DNA of 64,000 nucleotides from a virus (Duplodnaviria; Heunggongvirae; Uroviricota; Caudoviricetes), in IMG/VR virus record IMGVR_UViG_3300029935_000001, positions 64,001 through 128,000 of that record, one strand, 5' to 3'. Within the stretch, counting starts at the first letter, position 1; the number at the start of each line of letters is the position of its first letter. Below, piece after piece: positions 30,079 through 39,761 of the stretch. The notes beneath the pieces were generated by a model that saw only the letters and a program-made list of their open reading frames with translations, had not been told where the DNA came from and did no database searches. The position numbers and the translations under genes were made by a program.

Positions 30079-30918
30079 TTAAGAGTCGGAGCCGAAAAAA
30101 TTTGAAACGTCCAACGTAAACGGCGTTTCGTATGTTTGGTTACATTCTTCGTTTTGGCATTGGATAACCAATGGTTTTATTTCTGCTTTTTGCCGCAACT
30201 CGATAACTCGATCGCGTATCACGTTAAACGTTGCACTGTCAGCTTTGGCGACAAATTCTTCAATGTGCTGTTTGTCAGTTACTAACGTGTCGGGTGTTTT
30301 GATAGCTGCAATGCTGTTAGCAATAGCAGACACAGTAAGATGCTTTATTGCCGAAAACGCTTCCTGTATCCGCTTTAGCTTTTCATCCTCGGGCATCTGG
30401 GCAGCTGAGATGGCACTCAATGCTCGCTGCTCATTGAATTGAGTCTTATTATTTTCGTCTAGCTCGCGGTAGCTTAGTGGCTTACAGTATATTTCTAAAC
30501 CAGCAACTTGTAGAGCTTGGTCGTATTCAGGAGCTTCGAGTTGGTCAAGGATGGATCTCAAATCCAGTTCAAATTCGTTTTCGTGACCACAGTGGGGGCA
30601 TGTAGATTCGAAGTCCATCGAGTGCCCGTACGATGCAATTCTGATACCAATTAGTAATGCGTCTAAGTCGATTACTGGCATTTCCCATGGGTCTTGAATG
30701 GCAGGAACACAACTTTTTATTACATCAACAATAGCGCTGCCATTGAATAGCGCGTCAGGGGTGCGGTAAGTAATTTCATCGATTGCAGTCATTGGGTACA
30801 CCGGAACTTCCCCATTGGCTGGTAAGTTAAGCGCATTATTGTAGTAAAACTTGCCTCGACTCAATAGTGGCAAGTGAATAGCGGGTTGGCGAAAAAATTT
30901 AGCTAACGGATTAGACAT
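30079..30918 (-). CDS. gp26-like baseplate hub assembly protein / tail assembly chaperone
   Basis: LPL.SRGKFY, VYPMTAIDEI, IDLDALLI.IRIASYG, two Cys clusters (CPHC and CQNEEC) and a C-terminal NFF. Confidence 0.75.
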   Translation of the reverse strand: MSNPLAKFFRQPAIHLPLLSRGKFYYNNALNLPANGEVPVYPMTAIDEITYRTPDALFNGSAIVDVIKSCVPAIQDPWEMPVIDLDALLIGIRIASYGHSMDFESTCPHCGHENEFELDLRSILDQLEAPEYDQALQVAGLEIYCKPLSYRELDENNKTQFNEQRALSAISAAQMPEDEKLKRIQEAFSAIKHLTVSAIANSIAAIKTPDTLVTDKQHIEEFVAKADSATFNVIRDRVIELRQKAEIKPLVIQCQNEECNQTYETPFTLDVSNFFGSDS

Positions 30919-30965
30919 GTAGGTATTTCCTGGTTAAATAATAATAATACTTATGGTAACCAAAA

Positions 30966-33752
30966 ATGACTGATCAAAATATCCTTGACATGCTTGACGA
31001 AATACGGCGCCAAACGCAAATCTTAGAGTCGATTGCAAAAGGCACAAGTGTCGGGCCCAACCGACCGAGCCCGGCCAGCCGGAACGCCCCGGGAGAGACC
31101 CGCGAGGAGCGCCAGCAGCGCAAAGCTGCTCGCGAGCTTGGAAACCAGTTTGACGATCTAGCAGACTCGTCAAAGGGCGTTACAGTAAGTTTTGATCAGC
31201 TTGCTCGCCGCACTAACTTAGCAATGCTAGCGTTTGCTAAGCAAACACTACAGATGTCAAACAACTTGTCCTCGCTTAAACCGGCTATTAGTGCAGTTTC
31301 AAATGTAGCTGCTACTGCGGTGTCGGCAATAACTGGCGCGGTAGGTAATGCGGTATCAACGCTCAGTCTTCTGGGCGGCCCTATTACAAAGATTGTGGGT
31401 ACCATAACCGGCGGCCTAGTCGGTGCCGTGGGCACAGCATCAGCGGAATTAATAAAAGCGGCCGGCGAGGGTGCTGGGCTAGTGCTTGAGCAAATGGAAG
31501 CAATTAGCAATAATTACACAGCAATTGCTCAACTCGGCGGCGCTACTGCCCGCGGCATGACTGACTTGTATGAATCAGTAGGTGAAACCGGTATCCGTAT
31601 GGAGCAGTGGGCAGCGTTAGTAGGCAAACATTCTGAGAAGTTGGCCTTTTCCTTTGGGTCTGTGGGCGATGGCTTGTTAACCGTCAATCAAGCTGCTGAG
31701 AAAATGCGCAAGACAGGCATTACTGAGCAGTTTCTGCGGTTAGGAGTCGGAGTAGATGAACAAGCATCGGCGCTAGCATCGTATTCGAAAATGCACTCGA
31801 TGAATTCACGCCGCGAAAAGCTCAGTGTTGATCAGCTTATCGAAGGAACCCAGCGCTGGTACACTGAAATAGACCAAATAGCAAGGGCAACTGGTAAATC
31901 TCGCGAAGCCATTAACGAAAGTGTGCTCGCTCAACAGCGTAGTCTGCGCTGGGGCGCGACAATGGAGATCCTCAACCGTCGCCAAACTGACCTAGGAAAT
32001 AAGCTCGCTGCTAGCTTTGAAAAAGTTGACGCTGTAACTGGCGGCACGTTTGTTACTGATGCATTGCGCGACATCTTCTCAGGTGGCCGGTTGGGTAAGG
32101 AAGCGCAATCACTAATGACATTGGCCGGGCAAGACATAATTCCGATAGTTGACAATATCAAACGAGGGTTACTTGGTGCCGACGAAGGTATGAGTCAAAT
32201 TGTCGACGCAATTGCTAAGCGCGGTGGCACAGGCGCTATTAACTTAGAGTCATTGGTTGGTAACCAATTAGCGGAGCTCGGCGAAGTCCTAAGAGCTGCG
32301 CGCCTGTCGCAAAACTTTATCGCCGCTGGTGAATCGCTTGATGCATATGCAGGAAAATTAAAAGACTCGCAGCAAAGCGTAATCAAAGGCAACGACCTCA
32401 CTACCAATAACATTGCTAGCACGCAAGAAGCAGTAATGGATATTTACGCTGAGATTCAAAAAGCGTTTAGCAAGGTACTACCTTCTGCCTCGACTCAAAT
32501 CGCTAATTTTGCCGATGTGATTAGCGAAAAATTGCCGCTAATGGCTCAAGCGATTGACGACTATATCGAAAAATTAACCGGAAATCGTCCAGTTTCGGCT
32601 TTTAATAAGCAGATGCAGGCTGCCGAATCTGCGCGCCGCAACACAGCAACAGTTTCGGGGACCCCCGAAACTGGTCAGCGCGGAACGTTCTGGGAAAACG
32701 TATCCGGAAAAGTGTCTCCGGAAAACGTAGCGTCTCTGCTGTCGGATGTTGGAATAACCAACACGCGGGCCCAGGCTAATATTTTAGCACAGTTGCAAGC
32801 AGAATCAGGGTTCCGTCCTCGATCCGAAAACCTTCAGTACAGCGGAAAGAAATTGTTTGAAATGTACGGTCCCAATCAAACTCGCAATAAAGTTAGATTT
32901 AATAGTTTAGCCGAAGCCGAAGCGCTATCGAAGCAAGGCCCTGAGGCAATTGGAAACGTAATATATGGCGGCCGCATGGGGAATGCCGTCAATGAAGGGT
33001 TTTTGTATAGAGGCCGAGGTCTTATTCAGCTCACCGGCAAGGATAATTATGCAAAGTATGGACGAATAATCGGCGAAGACTTGGTTAATAACCCAGACCT
33101 AGCTAATGATCCGCAAATTGCTAAGAAAATTGCCGTCGCTTATATGCAAGAGCAACAAAAAGCCGGCGTAAACTTAGCTGACATACAGCAAGTAGGAAAA
33201 GCAATGGGATTTGCTACGAACGACCAAGCGTCGCGAGCTGCGCTAGCATCAGATTTTGAAAAACGGTTGCAACGCGGCGGATTCCGTGACGGTGGAATTT
33301 CCACCGGTCCAATGACCGGATACACACAGCTTTTACACGGAACTGAGGCTATTGTGCCTTTGCCCGACGGAAAAACTATACCAGTAGACTTAAATTTTTC
33401 GAGTATTACTCGAAAAATGACGCAAGATTTTAAAACTACAAATGCTGATCAAAATAAGTTCAGCCCGGCAGATTTAGTTAAGAACTTAACGGCTGATTTT
33501 AAAACTACAATGGCCGGCCCGCTTGAAAAGCTAGCACTTAATTTAAACAGCATTCAAGCACAGCAACAATTGCCAGCACGCGTAGAGCAGCCATCTGGCC
33601 TTAACTCGCCCGAGCTACGCGAAATGAACGCCAAAATGACTGAACAAATGAGCGCAATGAATGCACAAATTTCGAAGCTGACTGAAGTGGTAGATATCCT
33701 GCGCCGCAGCAATGCTACTAATGAAAAGCTTTTACAAGCGGCACGAAACTAA
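30966..33752 (+). CDS. Tape-measure-like protein with an internal GH19 (chitinase/lysozyme) peptidoglycan hydrolase domain
   Basis: Long Ala/Gly-rich helical body. AQLQAESGF...SENL and YGGRMGN...GFLYRGRGLIQLTGKDNY are GH19 signatures, followed by GGI..GP..GY...LHG.EAIVPL. TAAATA lies at 30935-30940. Confidence 0.75.
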   Translation: MTDQNILDMLDEIRRQTQILESIAKGTSVGPNRPSPASRNAPGETREERQQRKAARELGNQFDDLADSSKGVTVSFDQLARRTNLAMLAFAKQTLQMSNNLSSLKPAISAVSNVAATAVSAITGAVGNAVSTLSLLGGPITKIVGTITGGLVGAVGTASAELIKAAGEGAGLVLEQMEAISNNYTAIAQLGGATARGMTDLYESVGETGIRMEQWAALVGKHSEKLAFSFGSVGDGLLTVNQAAEKMRKTGITEQFLRLGVGVDEQASALASYSKMHSMNSRREKLSVDQLIEGTQRWYTEIDQIARATGKSREAINESVLAQQRSLRWGATMEILNRRQTDLGNKLAASFEKVDAVTGGTFVTDALRDIFSGGRLGKEAQSLMTLAGQDIIPIVDNIKRGLLGADEGMSQIVDAIAKRGGTGAINLESLVGNQLAELGEVLRAARLSQNFIAAGESLDAYAGKLKDSQQSVIKGNDLTTNNIASTQEAVMDIYAEIQKAFSKVLPSASTQIANFADVISEKLPLMAQAIDDYIEKLTGNRPVSAFNKQMQAAESARRNTATVSGTPETGQRGTFWENVSGKVSPENVASLLSDVGITNTRAQANILAQLQAESGFRPRSENLQYSGKKLFEMYGPNQTRNKVRFNSLAEAEALSKQGPEAIGNVIYGGRMGNAVNEGFLYRGRGLIQLTGKDNYAKYGRIIGEDLVNNPDLANDPQIAKKIAVAYMQEQQKAGVNLADIQQVGKAMGFATNDQASRAALASDFEKRLQRGGFRDGGISTGPMTGYTQLLHGTEAIVPLPDGKTIPVDLNFSSITRKMTQDFKTTNADQNKFSPADLVKNLTADFKTTMAGPLEKLALNLNSIQAQQQLPARVEQPSGLNSPELREMNAKMTEQMSAMNAQISKLTEVVDILRRSNATNEKLLQAARN

Positions 33753-33867
33753 CCACCATTATAATCGGCGGTAAATACACCATGATCAGTAAATATCTAA
33801 AACAAAACGTTAATGACACTGAGCCAACAAGATCCAGTCTTGGGTTGTTGTATTGGAGAATCACATA

Positions 33868-35625
33868 ATGGCCGAACAGACTAAAGGATGGAAAAAGTAT
33901 TTTAAGCTAGCCAACCAAGACGGAGTGATGAGTCCTATTTCTGGACAGACCTCCCGACCGGGGCACGAGCATGCTTCACAGTCGTTTGGATTTAAGAACT
34001 ACGCATCGTCGTTGCCAGAAGTGTATGTTGGGCATCCAAATCGTATTGAGCGTTATAATCAATACGAAGCAATGGATGCCGACTCGGAGATCAATGCGTG
34101 TTTGGACATCATTGCTGAATTTTCCACTCAATGGAACGAAAAAAATAACACACCGTTTGAAATACGTTTCAAAGACAAACCTACGGATTCTGAGGTAGAA
34201 ATCCTCAAAAAGCAGCTTCAACAGTGGGTCAAGTTGAATCAATTTGACAAGCGTATGTTCAAGCTATTCCGCAATACAATTAAATATGGGGATCAAGTAT
34301 TCGTTCGTGACCCTGAGACATTTGAGTTAATGTGGGCTGACATGACCAAAGTAGTTAAGGTTATCGTCGACGAGCTGCGTGGCAAAGAGCCCGAGCAGTA
34401 TGTAATACGCGACCTTAACCCTAACTTTAAGAATTTAACTGTTGCAGCCAAGACTACGCTTGATGCCGCTGCTAACCCTGTAGGCGGGGCCTCGCCGGCT
34501 CAAGGATATACTGTGCCTGGGTCTCAAGTTGGTGGCACCACCGGCCGATTTGCAGCCGCAGTAAATGAAAGTGTAATAGACGCTGAGCATGTACGACACA
34601 TCTCGCTTAGCGAAGGGCTAGATCCAAATTGGCCGTTCGGTACGTCAATCCTCGAAAACATCTTCAAGGTGTTTAAGCAAAAAGAGCTACTTGAAGACGC
34701 AATCCTAATCTACCGCGTACAGCGCGCGCCCGAGCGCCGAGTGTTTTACATCGACGTAGGCAACATGATGCCTCACATGGCTATGGCGTTTGTAGAGAGA
34801 GTAAAAAACGAAATCCACCAGCGCCGCATTCCAACTATGAACGGCGGCGGATCGTCAATGCTAGACGCAGCCTACAACCCGCTTAGCATTCACGAAGATT
34901 ATTTCTTCCCGCAGACTGCCGAAGGCCGAGGCTCGAAAGTCGAAACGCTCCCAGGCGGCGAAAATCTTGGTCAAATCGACGATCTTAAGTATTTTAACAA
35001 CAAACTATGTCGTGGTCTACGAGTACCGTCTAGTTATTTGCCAACCGGGCCTGACGATCAAACTACGCCACTCAGCGACGGTCGTGTTGGTACTGCACTA
35101 ATACAAGAGTATCGCTTCAACCAGTATTGTCAACGCCTTCAGAGTCTTATAATCTCTGCGCTTGACGACGAGTTTAAGATGTTCTTAAATTGGCGTGGGT
35201 TCAATATTGACTCTGGCATTTTTGACTTAACCTTTACTCCGCCGCAAAACTTTGCGTCTTATCGGCAGACTGAGCTCGATTCAACGCGTGTTAATGTATT
35301 CCAGTCACTTGAGCAAGTTCCATATCTGAGTAAGCGATTTTTGTTGCAACGATTTCTTGGGCTTTCGAAAGAAGAAATGCTCGAAAACGAAACTCTGTGG
35401 CACGAAGAGCGAGACGAACCCGGGGCAATTACTCCAACCGGTGATGACTTGCGATCAGTTGGTGTTATGCCAGGCGGCATGAATGCCGACATTGAAATGG
35501 GCGACGAGTTTGGCGAGCCCGGAGATCTCGAAGCTGGGGAGATGGAAATGCCCTCAGAAGCTCCGGGCGCACCGCCGTTAGGTGGACCGACTCCTCCAGC
35601 TGCAGCAACTCCTCCGGCGCAATAA
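33868..35625 (+). CDS. Portal vertex protein, gp20-like
   Basis: LLEDAILIYRVQRAPERRVFYIDVGNM, EDYFFPQ...GRGSKVETLPGGENLG.IDDL.YF..KL..GLRVP.S. Start moved to the ATG after GGAG at 33868. Tandem TAAATA motifs at 33772 and 33790. Confidence 0.95.
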   Translation: MAEQTKGWKKYFKLANQDGVMSPISGQTSRPGHEHASQSFGFKNYASSLPEVYVGHPNRIERYNQYEAMDADSEINACLDIIAEFSTQWNEKNNTPFEIRFKDKPTDSEVEILKKQLQQWVKLNQFDKRMFKLFRNTIKYGDQVFVRDPETFELMWADMTKVVKVIVDELRGKEPEQYVIRDLNPNFKNLTVAAKTTLDAAANPVGGASPAQGYTVPGSQVGGTTGRFAAAVNESVIDAEHVRHISLSEGLDPNWPFGTSILENIFKVFKQKELLEDAILIYRVQRAPERRVFYIDVGNMMPHMAMAFVERVKNEIHQRRIPTMNGGGSSMLDAAYNPLSIHEDYFFPQTAEGRGSKVETLPGGENLGQIDDLKYFNNKLCRGLRVPSSYLPTGPDDQTTPLSDGRVGTALIQEYRFNQYCQRLQSLIISALDDEFKMFLNWRGFNIDSGIFDLTFTPPQNFASYRQTELDSTRVNVFQSLEQVPYLSKRFLLQRFLGLSKEEMLENETLWHEERDEPGAITPTGDDLRSVGVMPGGMNADIEMGDEFGEPGDLEAGEMEMPSEAPGAPPLGGPTPPAAATPPAQ

Positions 35626-35649
35626 ATAAAGTATCAGGATATAACAATT

Positions 35650-35868
35650 ATGATTTTAAGTGAATTATACGAGCCAAGCAAGCCCGGTTATCAAAGCCAA
35701 GAAGACGATGAGTCTCGTATAGCTCTCAGCGATCTCAGAAAAACAAAATTAACTTTGCGCCAACTAAACAAGTTGCGGCGTTTAATGGATGTGCGTAATT
35801 TTGAGATGAAAGAAAATCTTAAAAAAGTTAAAACTCAATACGCGCCGCCGCCGCAACAGATGATGTGA
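35650..35868 (+). CDS. Small head-region protein (72 aa)
   Basis: Compact ORF with an AGGA Shine-Dalgarno and TAAATA (35623-35628), between the portal and core genes. Contains RKTKLTLRQLNKLR. Confidence 0.7.
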   Translation: MILSELYEPSKPGYQSQEDDESRIALSDLRKTKLTLRQLNKLRRLMDVRNFEMKENLKKVKTQYAPPPQQMM

Positions 35869-35871
35869 TTG

Positions 35872-35923
35872 AAAATATAGGCAAAATGAGTCGTTTTGAC
35901 CATTAACTGCCTATATTTTTTTT
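35872..35923 (+). terminator. Stem-loop with T-run after the 72-aa gene
   Basis: AAAATATAGGCA ... TGCCTATATTTT inverted repeat followed by Ts. The loop is large, so a terminator role is uncertain. Confidence 0.4.
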
Positions 35924-35968
35924 GTGTGGTGTAAATACAAGCAGAACCTAGCCTTTGGGAGAATTTTA

Positions 35969-36754
35969 ATGAGTAAGAAATTTGAGCAACTGATCGAATT
36001 TGTGATCAATGACGACGAACAAAAAGCTCGCGAGCTTTTTCATGAAATCGTAGTAGAAAAGAGCCGCGAAATTTACGAAAGCCTTATGGCCGACGAGTTT
36101 GGCGACGAAAGCAGCGATATTGCTGCTGGAGTCGAAGCAGACGAAGAAGGATTTAGTGACGCAGGCGACGAAGATCTTGACTTTGACAGCGAAGAAGGCA
36201 CCGACGAGTTTGGTGCCGAAGAAGAAGTTGACTTTGACAGCGATAACGATGTCGAAGAGCTTGAGGACCGTGTTGTTGATCTCGAAGACAAACTCGACGA
36301 GCTAATGGCTGAATTTGACGCTCTTATGGCCGGCGACGAAGAAGGTGCCGACGAGTTTGGCACCGAAGAAGAAGTCGACTTCGACGGCGAAGAAGGCACC
36401 GACGAGTTTGGTGACGAAGAAGAAGTCGACTTTGACGGCGAAGAAGACGAGTTTCAAGAAGGCCTACATGAAGAAGTTAAACTAACTCCAGTGTCGAAGC
36501 CAAGCAATGCTGACGCTGCTGACAACCGTAAGTCAGTGGGCCTACAAAACTCAGGCAAAGGCGGTGTAAAAGCTGGTGGCAACCCAATTAAGACTGACAC
36601 TTCGGCAGAAACTGGCCGTTCAGCTCCAGGAGCTAAGAAAATGGGCGTAGCCGGACCGCAAGATGCTGCCCGCGGCGCATTCAAGTCAAAAGCACCAGCT
36701 TCGGCGAAATCTGAACCAGCTGGCACTGACAAGCAGAGCATTGTTCGCAAGTAA
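35969..36754 (+). CDS. Highly acidic prohead core / internal protein
   Basis: Start moved to MSKKFEQL after GGGAG. D/E-rich body with a basic tail, in the position of T4 gp67/68 between portal and protease. TAAATA lies at 35932-35937. Confidence 0.7.
   Translation: MSKKFEQLIEFVINDDEQKARELFHEIVVEKSREIYESLMADEFGDESSDIAAGVEADEEGFSDAGDEDLDFDSEEGTDEFGAEEEVDFDSDNDVEELEDRVVDLEDKLDELMAEFDALMAGDEEGADEFGTEEEVDFDGEEGTDEFGDEEEVDFDGEEDEFQEGLHEEVKLTPVSKPSNADAADNRKSVGLQNSGKGGVKAGGNPIKTDTSAETGRSAPGAKKMGVAGPQDAARGAFKSKAPASAKSEPAGTDKQSIVRK
36191..36439 (+). repeat. 51-bp in-frame repeat (EEG[TA]DEFGxEEEVDFD[GS]), three copies
   Basis: Copies start at ~36191, ~36338 and ~36389; the last two are tandem. Confidence 0.85.
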
Positions 36755-36766
36755 TAAGGACTGGCG

Positions 36767-37399
36767 ATGAGATTACTCCAAGAACACCTTACTTTTGACG
36801 CCGCCCGCATTGTTGTTGAGGGCGACGAAAAAGGTAAAAACCTTTTTATGAAAGGAATATGTATTCAAGGTGGTGTTAAAAACGCCAACCAGCGAGTATA
36901 TCCGGTGAGCGAGATCTCTAAAGCTGTTACTACTTTAAATGAACAAATTTCTGGTGGTTATTCAGTCCTTGGGGAAGTAGATCACCCAGATGATTTAAAA
37001 ATCAACCTCGACCGGGTCAGCCATATGATCACTGAAATGTGGATGGATGGCCCTAACGGGTTTGGAAAACTAAAAATATTGCCCACTCCAATGGGCAACC
37101 TAGTGCGCACAATGCTTGAAAGCGGTGTAAAGCTAGGAGTTTCGAGCCGAGGCAGCGGAAACGTTAACGAGGCATCAGGGCACGTCAGCGAATACGAAAT
37201 TGTAACCGTAGACGTGGTTGCCCAGCCTAGTGCTCCTAATGCATATCCAACAGCAATCTACGAAGGATTGCTGAATATGCGCCATGGTCATCGTTTGTTT
37301 GACATGGCAAAGGAAGCTAGTGCGGACACAAAAGTTCAAAGATACTTGAAAGGTGAGATTACCAAGCTGATCAAGGATCTAAAGATATCAGGAGAGTAA
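36767..37399 (+). CDS. Prohead protease, gp21-like
   Basis: GICIQG..KNAN.RVYP, LGEVDHP, INLDRVSH, LGVSSRGSG and DVVAQPSAPNA. Confidence 0.95.
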   Translation: MRLLQEHLTFDAARIVVEGDEKGKNLFMKGICIQGGVKNANQRVYPVSEISKAVTTLNEQISGGYSVLGEVDHPDDLKINLDRVSHMITEMWMDGPNGFGKLKILPTPMGNLVRTMLESGVKLGVSSRGSGNVNEASGHVSEYEIVTVDVVAQPSAPNAYPTAIYEGLLNMRHGHRLFDMAKEASADTKVQRYLKGEITKLIKDLKISGE

Positions 37400-37401
37400 G
37401 C

Positions 37402-38493
37402 ATGATTGATGCTATGAAGCCATTGCTTGAAAGTGGCATTATCAACGAGGAAACTCGCGAAGCTATCAACGAAGCTTGGAACGCCAAGCTCAACGAAGCT
37501 CGCGAAGAAATTCGCTCAGAAATGCGCGAAGAGTTTGCTCAGCGATATGACCATGACAAAGCTGTAATGGTTGAGGCTCTTGATCGTCTGGTAACAGACA
37601 AGCTTATGGAAGAAATTCAGCAGGTTCAAGCTGAGCGTCTTGCACTAGCTGAGGATCGCGTAAAAGCTCAAGTTAAACTTCGTGAAGATTCAACTCGTTT
37701 CAACAACTTCATGGTAGGGAAGCTAGCTGAAGAAATCAGTGAGCTGCAAAAAGATCGTAAAACACAAAAGGCCGGCCTCGCAAAGATGGAGTCTTTTGTT
37801 ATGCACGCACTTGCTCGTGAGCTAAATGAATTTGCTCAAGACAAGCGCGAAGTGGTAGAAACCAAAGTTCGCCTGGTAAAAGAAGCACGCCAGCAGCTAT
37901 CTGCCCTTAAGAAGCGATTTGTTGCCGAAAACTCAGCCAAACTAAGCAAGTCGGTTGCAGGCCATCTAAAGTCTGAGCTAACACAGCTTCACGAGGACAT
38001 CAAAGTCGCCCGTGAAAACAGTTTTGGTCGTCGTATTTTTGAAGCATTTGCTACAGAGTTCGGCGCAACACACCTAAACGAAAACGCAGAGATTCGTAAG
38101 TTAATGTCAGTGATCAAAGAAAAAGACGCTGCCCTTAATGAGTCTCGCAAACAAGCTCAACAAGCTAAAATGATTGTTGAGACCAAGGAAAAGCAAATTC
38201 GCGTGATCCAAGAGTCGACTAAGCGTCAAGAAATCTTGGACGAGTTGCTAGGAACCCTCAAAGAGGACAAAGCATCCGTAATGCGTAATTTACTTGAAAA
38301 CGTCCAAACAGCTCGTCTAAAGGGCGCTTTCGAAAAGTATCTACCAGCTGTATTGGCTGAGCGTGCTACTGTGGAATCGACATTTAAGAAGCCACTTGTA
38401 GAATCGCGCGCTACTGTAACTGGTGATAAATCTGCCGCGGTTGAAGATAAGAATAACGTTATCGACCTCAAGCGTCTGGCAGGGCTTAACTAA
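37402..38493 (+). CDS. Prohead scaffold protein, gp22-like
   Basis: Coiled-coil protein with an RRIFEAFA motif, located between the protease and the major capsid gene. Confidence 0.85.
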   Translation: MIDAMKPLLESGIINEETREAINEAWNAKLNEAREEIRSEMREEFAQRYDHDKAVMVEALDRLVTDKLMEEIQQVQAERLALAEDRVKAQVKLREDSTRFNNFMVGKLAEEISELQKDRKTQKAGLAKMESFVMHALARELNEFAQDKREVVETKVRLVKEARQQLSALKKRFVAENSAKLSKSVAGHLKSELTQLHEDIKVARENSFGRRIFEAFATEFGATHLNENAEIRKLMSVIKEKDAALNESRKQAQQAKMIVETKEKQIRVIQESTKRQEILDELLGTLKEDKASVMRNLLENVQTARLKGAFEKYLPAVLAERATVESTFKKPLVESRATVTGDKSAAVEDKNNVIDLKRLAGLN

Positions 38494-38518
38494 AACAAAA
38501 AAGGAATAGGAGAAAAAT

Positions 38519-39712
38519 ATGTCCAAGGAATTACTTGAAAGCCGTTGGAACGAGGCTAAAGAAGCCCTACTAGAAGGCCTTGCTGGTACTCGTCGTTCAA
38601 CAATGAGCGTAGTGCTCGAAAACACTCGCCGCCATCTGCTATCGGAATCGGCTGCTGCTGGCAGCACCGTGTCTGGTAACATTGCTACCCTTAACCGCGT
38701 GATTCTACCGGTTATCCGTCGAGTTATGCCGACCGTTATCGCTAACGAGCTAGTCGGTGTTCAGCCAATGACCGGCCCAGTGGGCCAGATCCACACACTG
38801 CGCGTTCGTTATGGCACCACTATGCAGGATAACTCTGCTGCTGGTACTTCGACTGTCGCTGGCGAAGAAGCGCTAAGCCCATTCAAGATCGCCCAAGCCT
38901 ACTCGGCCGGTGTTGGTAGTGTTCAGAACTCGTACCAAGGCGCATCTACTGCGCAAATGGAAGCTGTTGGTGGTCGTAACATTTCGGTTCAGTTGCTAAA
39001 GCAAGCTGTCGAAGCTAAGACCCGCAGGCTACAAGCTCGCTGGACCTTCGAAGCTGCTCAAGACGCGCAAGCTATGCACGGTATTGATATTGAAGCTGAA
39101 ATCATGGCCGCTCTAGCGCAGGAAATCACTGCTGAAATCGACCAAGAGATCCTTCTCTCGCTACGTAGCCTAGCCGCTACCGAGTTCTCGTTTGACCAAG
39201 CTGCTGTGTCCGGTACTGCTACTTTCGTTGGTGACGAGCACGCTGCCCTAGCTGTTCTTATCAACCGCGTTGCTAACCTAATCGCTCAGCGCACACGTCG
39301 TGGTGCTGGTAACTGGGCGGTTGTTTCCCCAACCGCGCTGACCGTACTCCAGTCGGCTACTACTTCGGCCTTTGCTCGTACCACCGAAGGCACGTTTGAA
39401 GCTCCAACCAACACCAAGTTTGTTGGTACGCTAAACAGCGCCATGAAGGTCTATGTTGACTCCTACGCCAACGACGCTACACCTGTGCTTGTTGGTTACA
39501 AAGGTTCTTCGGAAGCTGATGCGGCTGCGTTCTACTGCCCATACATTCCGCTAATGAGCTCTGGTGTTGTGCTTGATCCAACTACGTTCGAACCAGTCGT
39601 AAGCTTTATGACACGTTATGGTTACCTCGAGTTGACTAACACCGCATCGAGCTTTGGCAACGCAGGGGACTATGTTGGTGCTATTTCGCTGTCGAACCTC
39701 TCGTTCAGCTAA
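38519..39712 (+). CDS. Major capsid protein, gp23-like
   Basis: IRRVMPT.IA.ELVGVQPMTGP.G.I..LR.RY, VEAKTR.L.A.WT.E.AQD..A.HGID.E.E, FYCPYIPL and F.TRYG. Confidence 0.97.
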   Translation: MSKELLESRWNEAKEALLEGLAGTRRSTMSVVLENTRRHLLSESAAAGSTVSGNIATLNRVILPVIRRVMPTVIANELVGVQPMTGPVGQIHTLRVRYGTTMQDNSAAGTSTVAGEEALSPFKIAQAYSAGVGSVQNSYQGASTAQMEAVGGRNISVQLLKQAVEAKTRRLQARWTFEAAQDAQAMHGIDIEAEIMAALAQEITAEIDQEILLSLRSLAATEFSFDQAAVSGTATFVGDEHAALAVLINRVANLIAQRTRRGAGNWAVVSPTALTVLQSATTSAFARTTEGTFEAPTNTKFVGTLNSAMKVYVDSYANDATPVLVGYKGSSEADAAAFYCPYIPLMSSGVVLDPTTFEPVVSFMTRYGYLELTNTASSFGNAGDYVGAISLSNLSFS

Positions 39713-39735
39713 TAAGCAACAGCACACGCTTCAAA

Positions 39736-39761
39736 ACAAAAAGCCCCTTGCGGGGCTTTTT
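39736..39761. terminator. Bidirectional intrinsic terminator after the major capsid gene
   Basis: AAAAAGCCCC-TTGC-GGGGCTTTTT between convergent genes. Confidence 0.9.

Noticed and set aside
36191-36439. Repeat cluster considered as a CRISPR array
   Set aside because: The repeats are in-frame coding units with no unique spacers, and no cas genes are present in the window.
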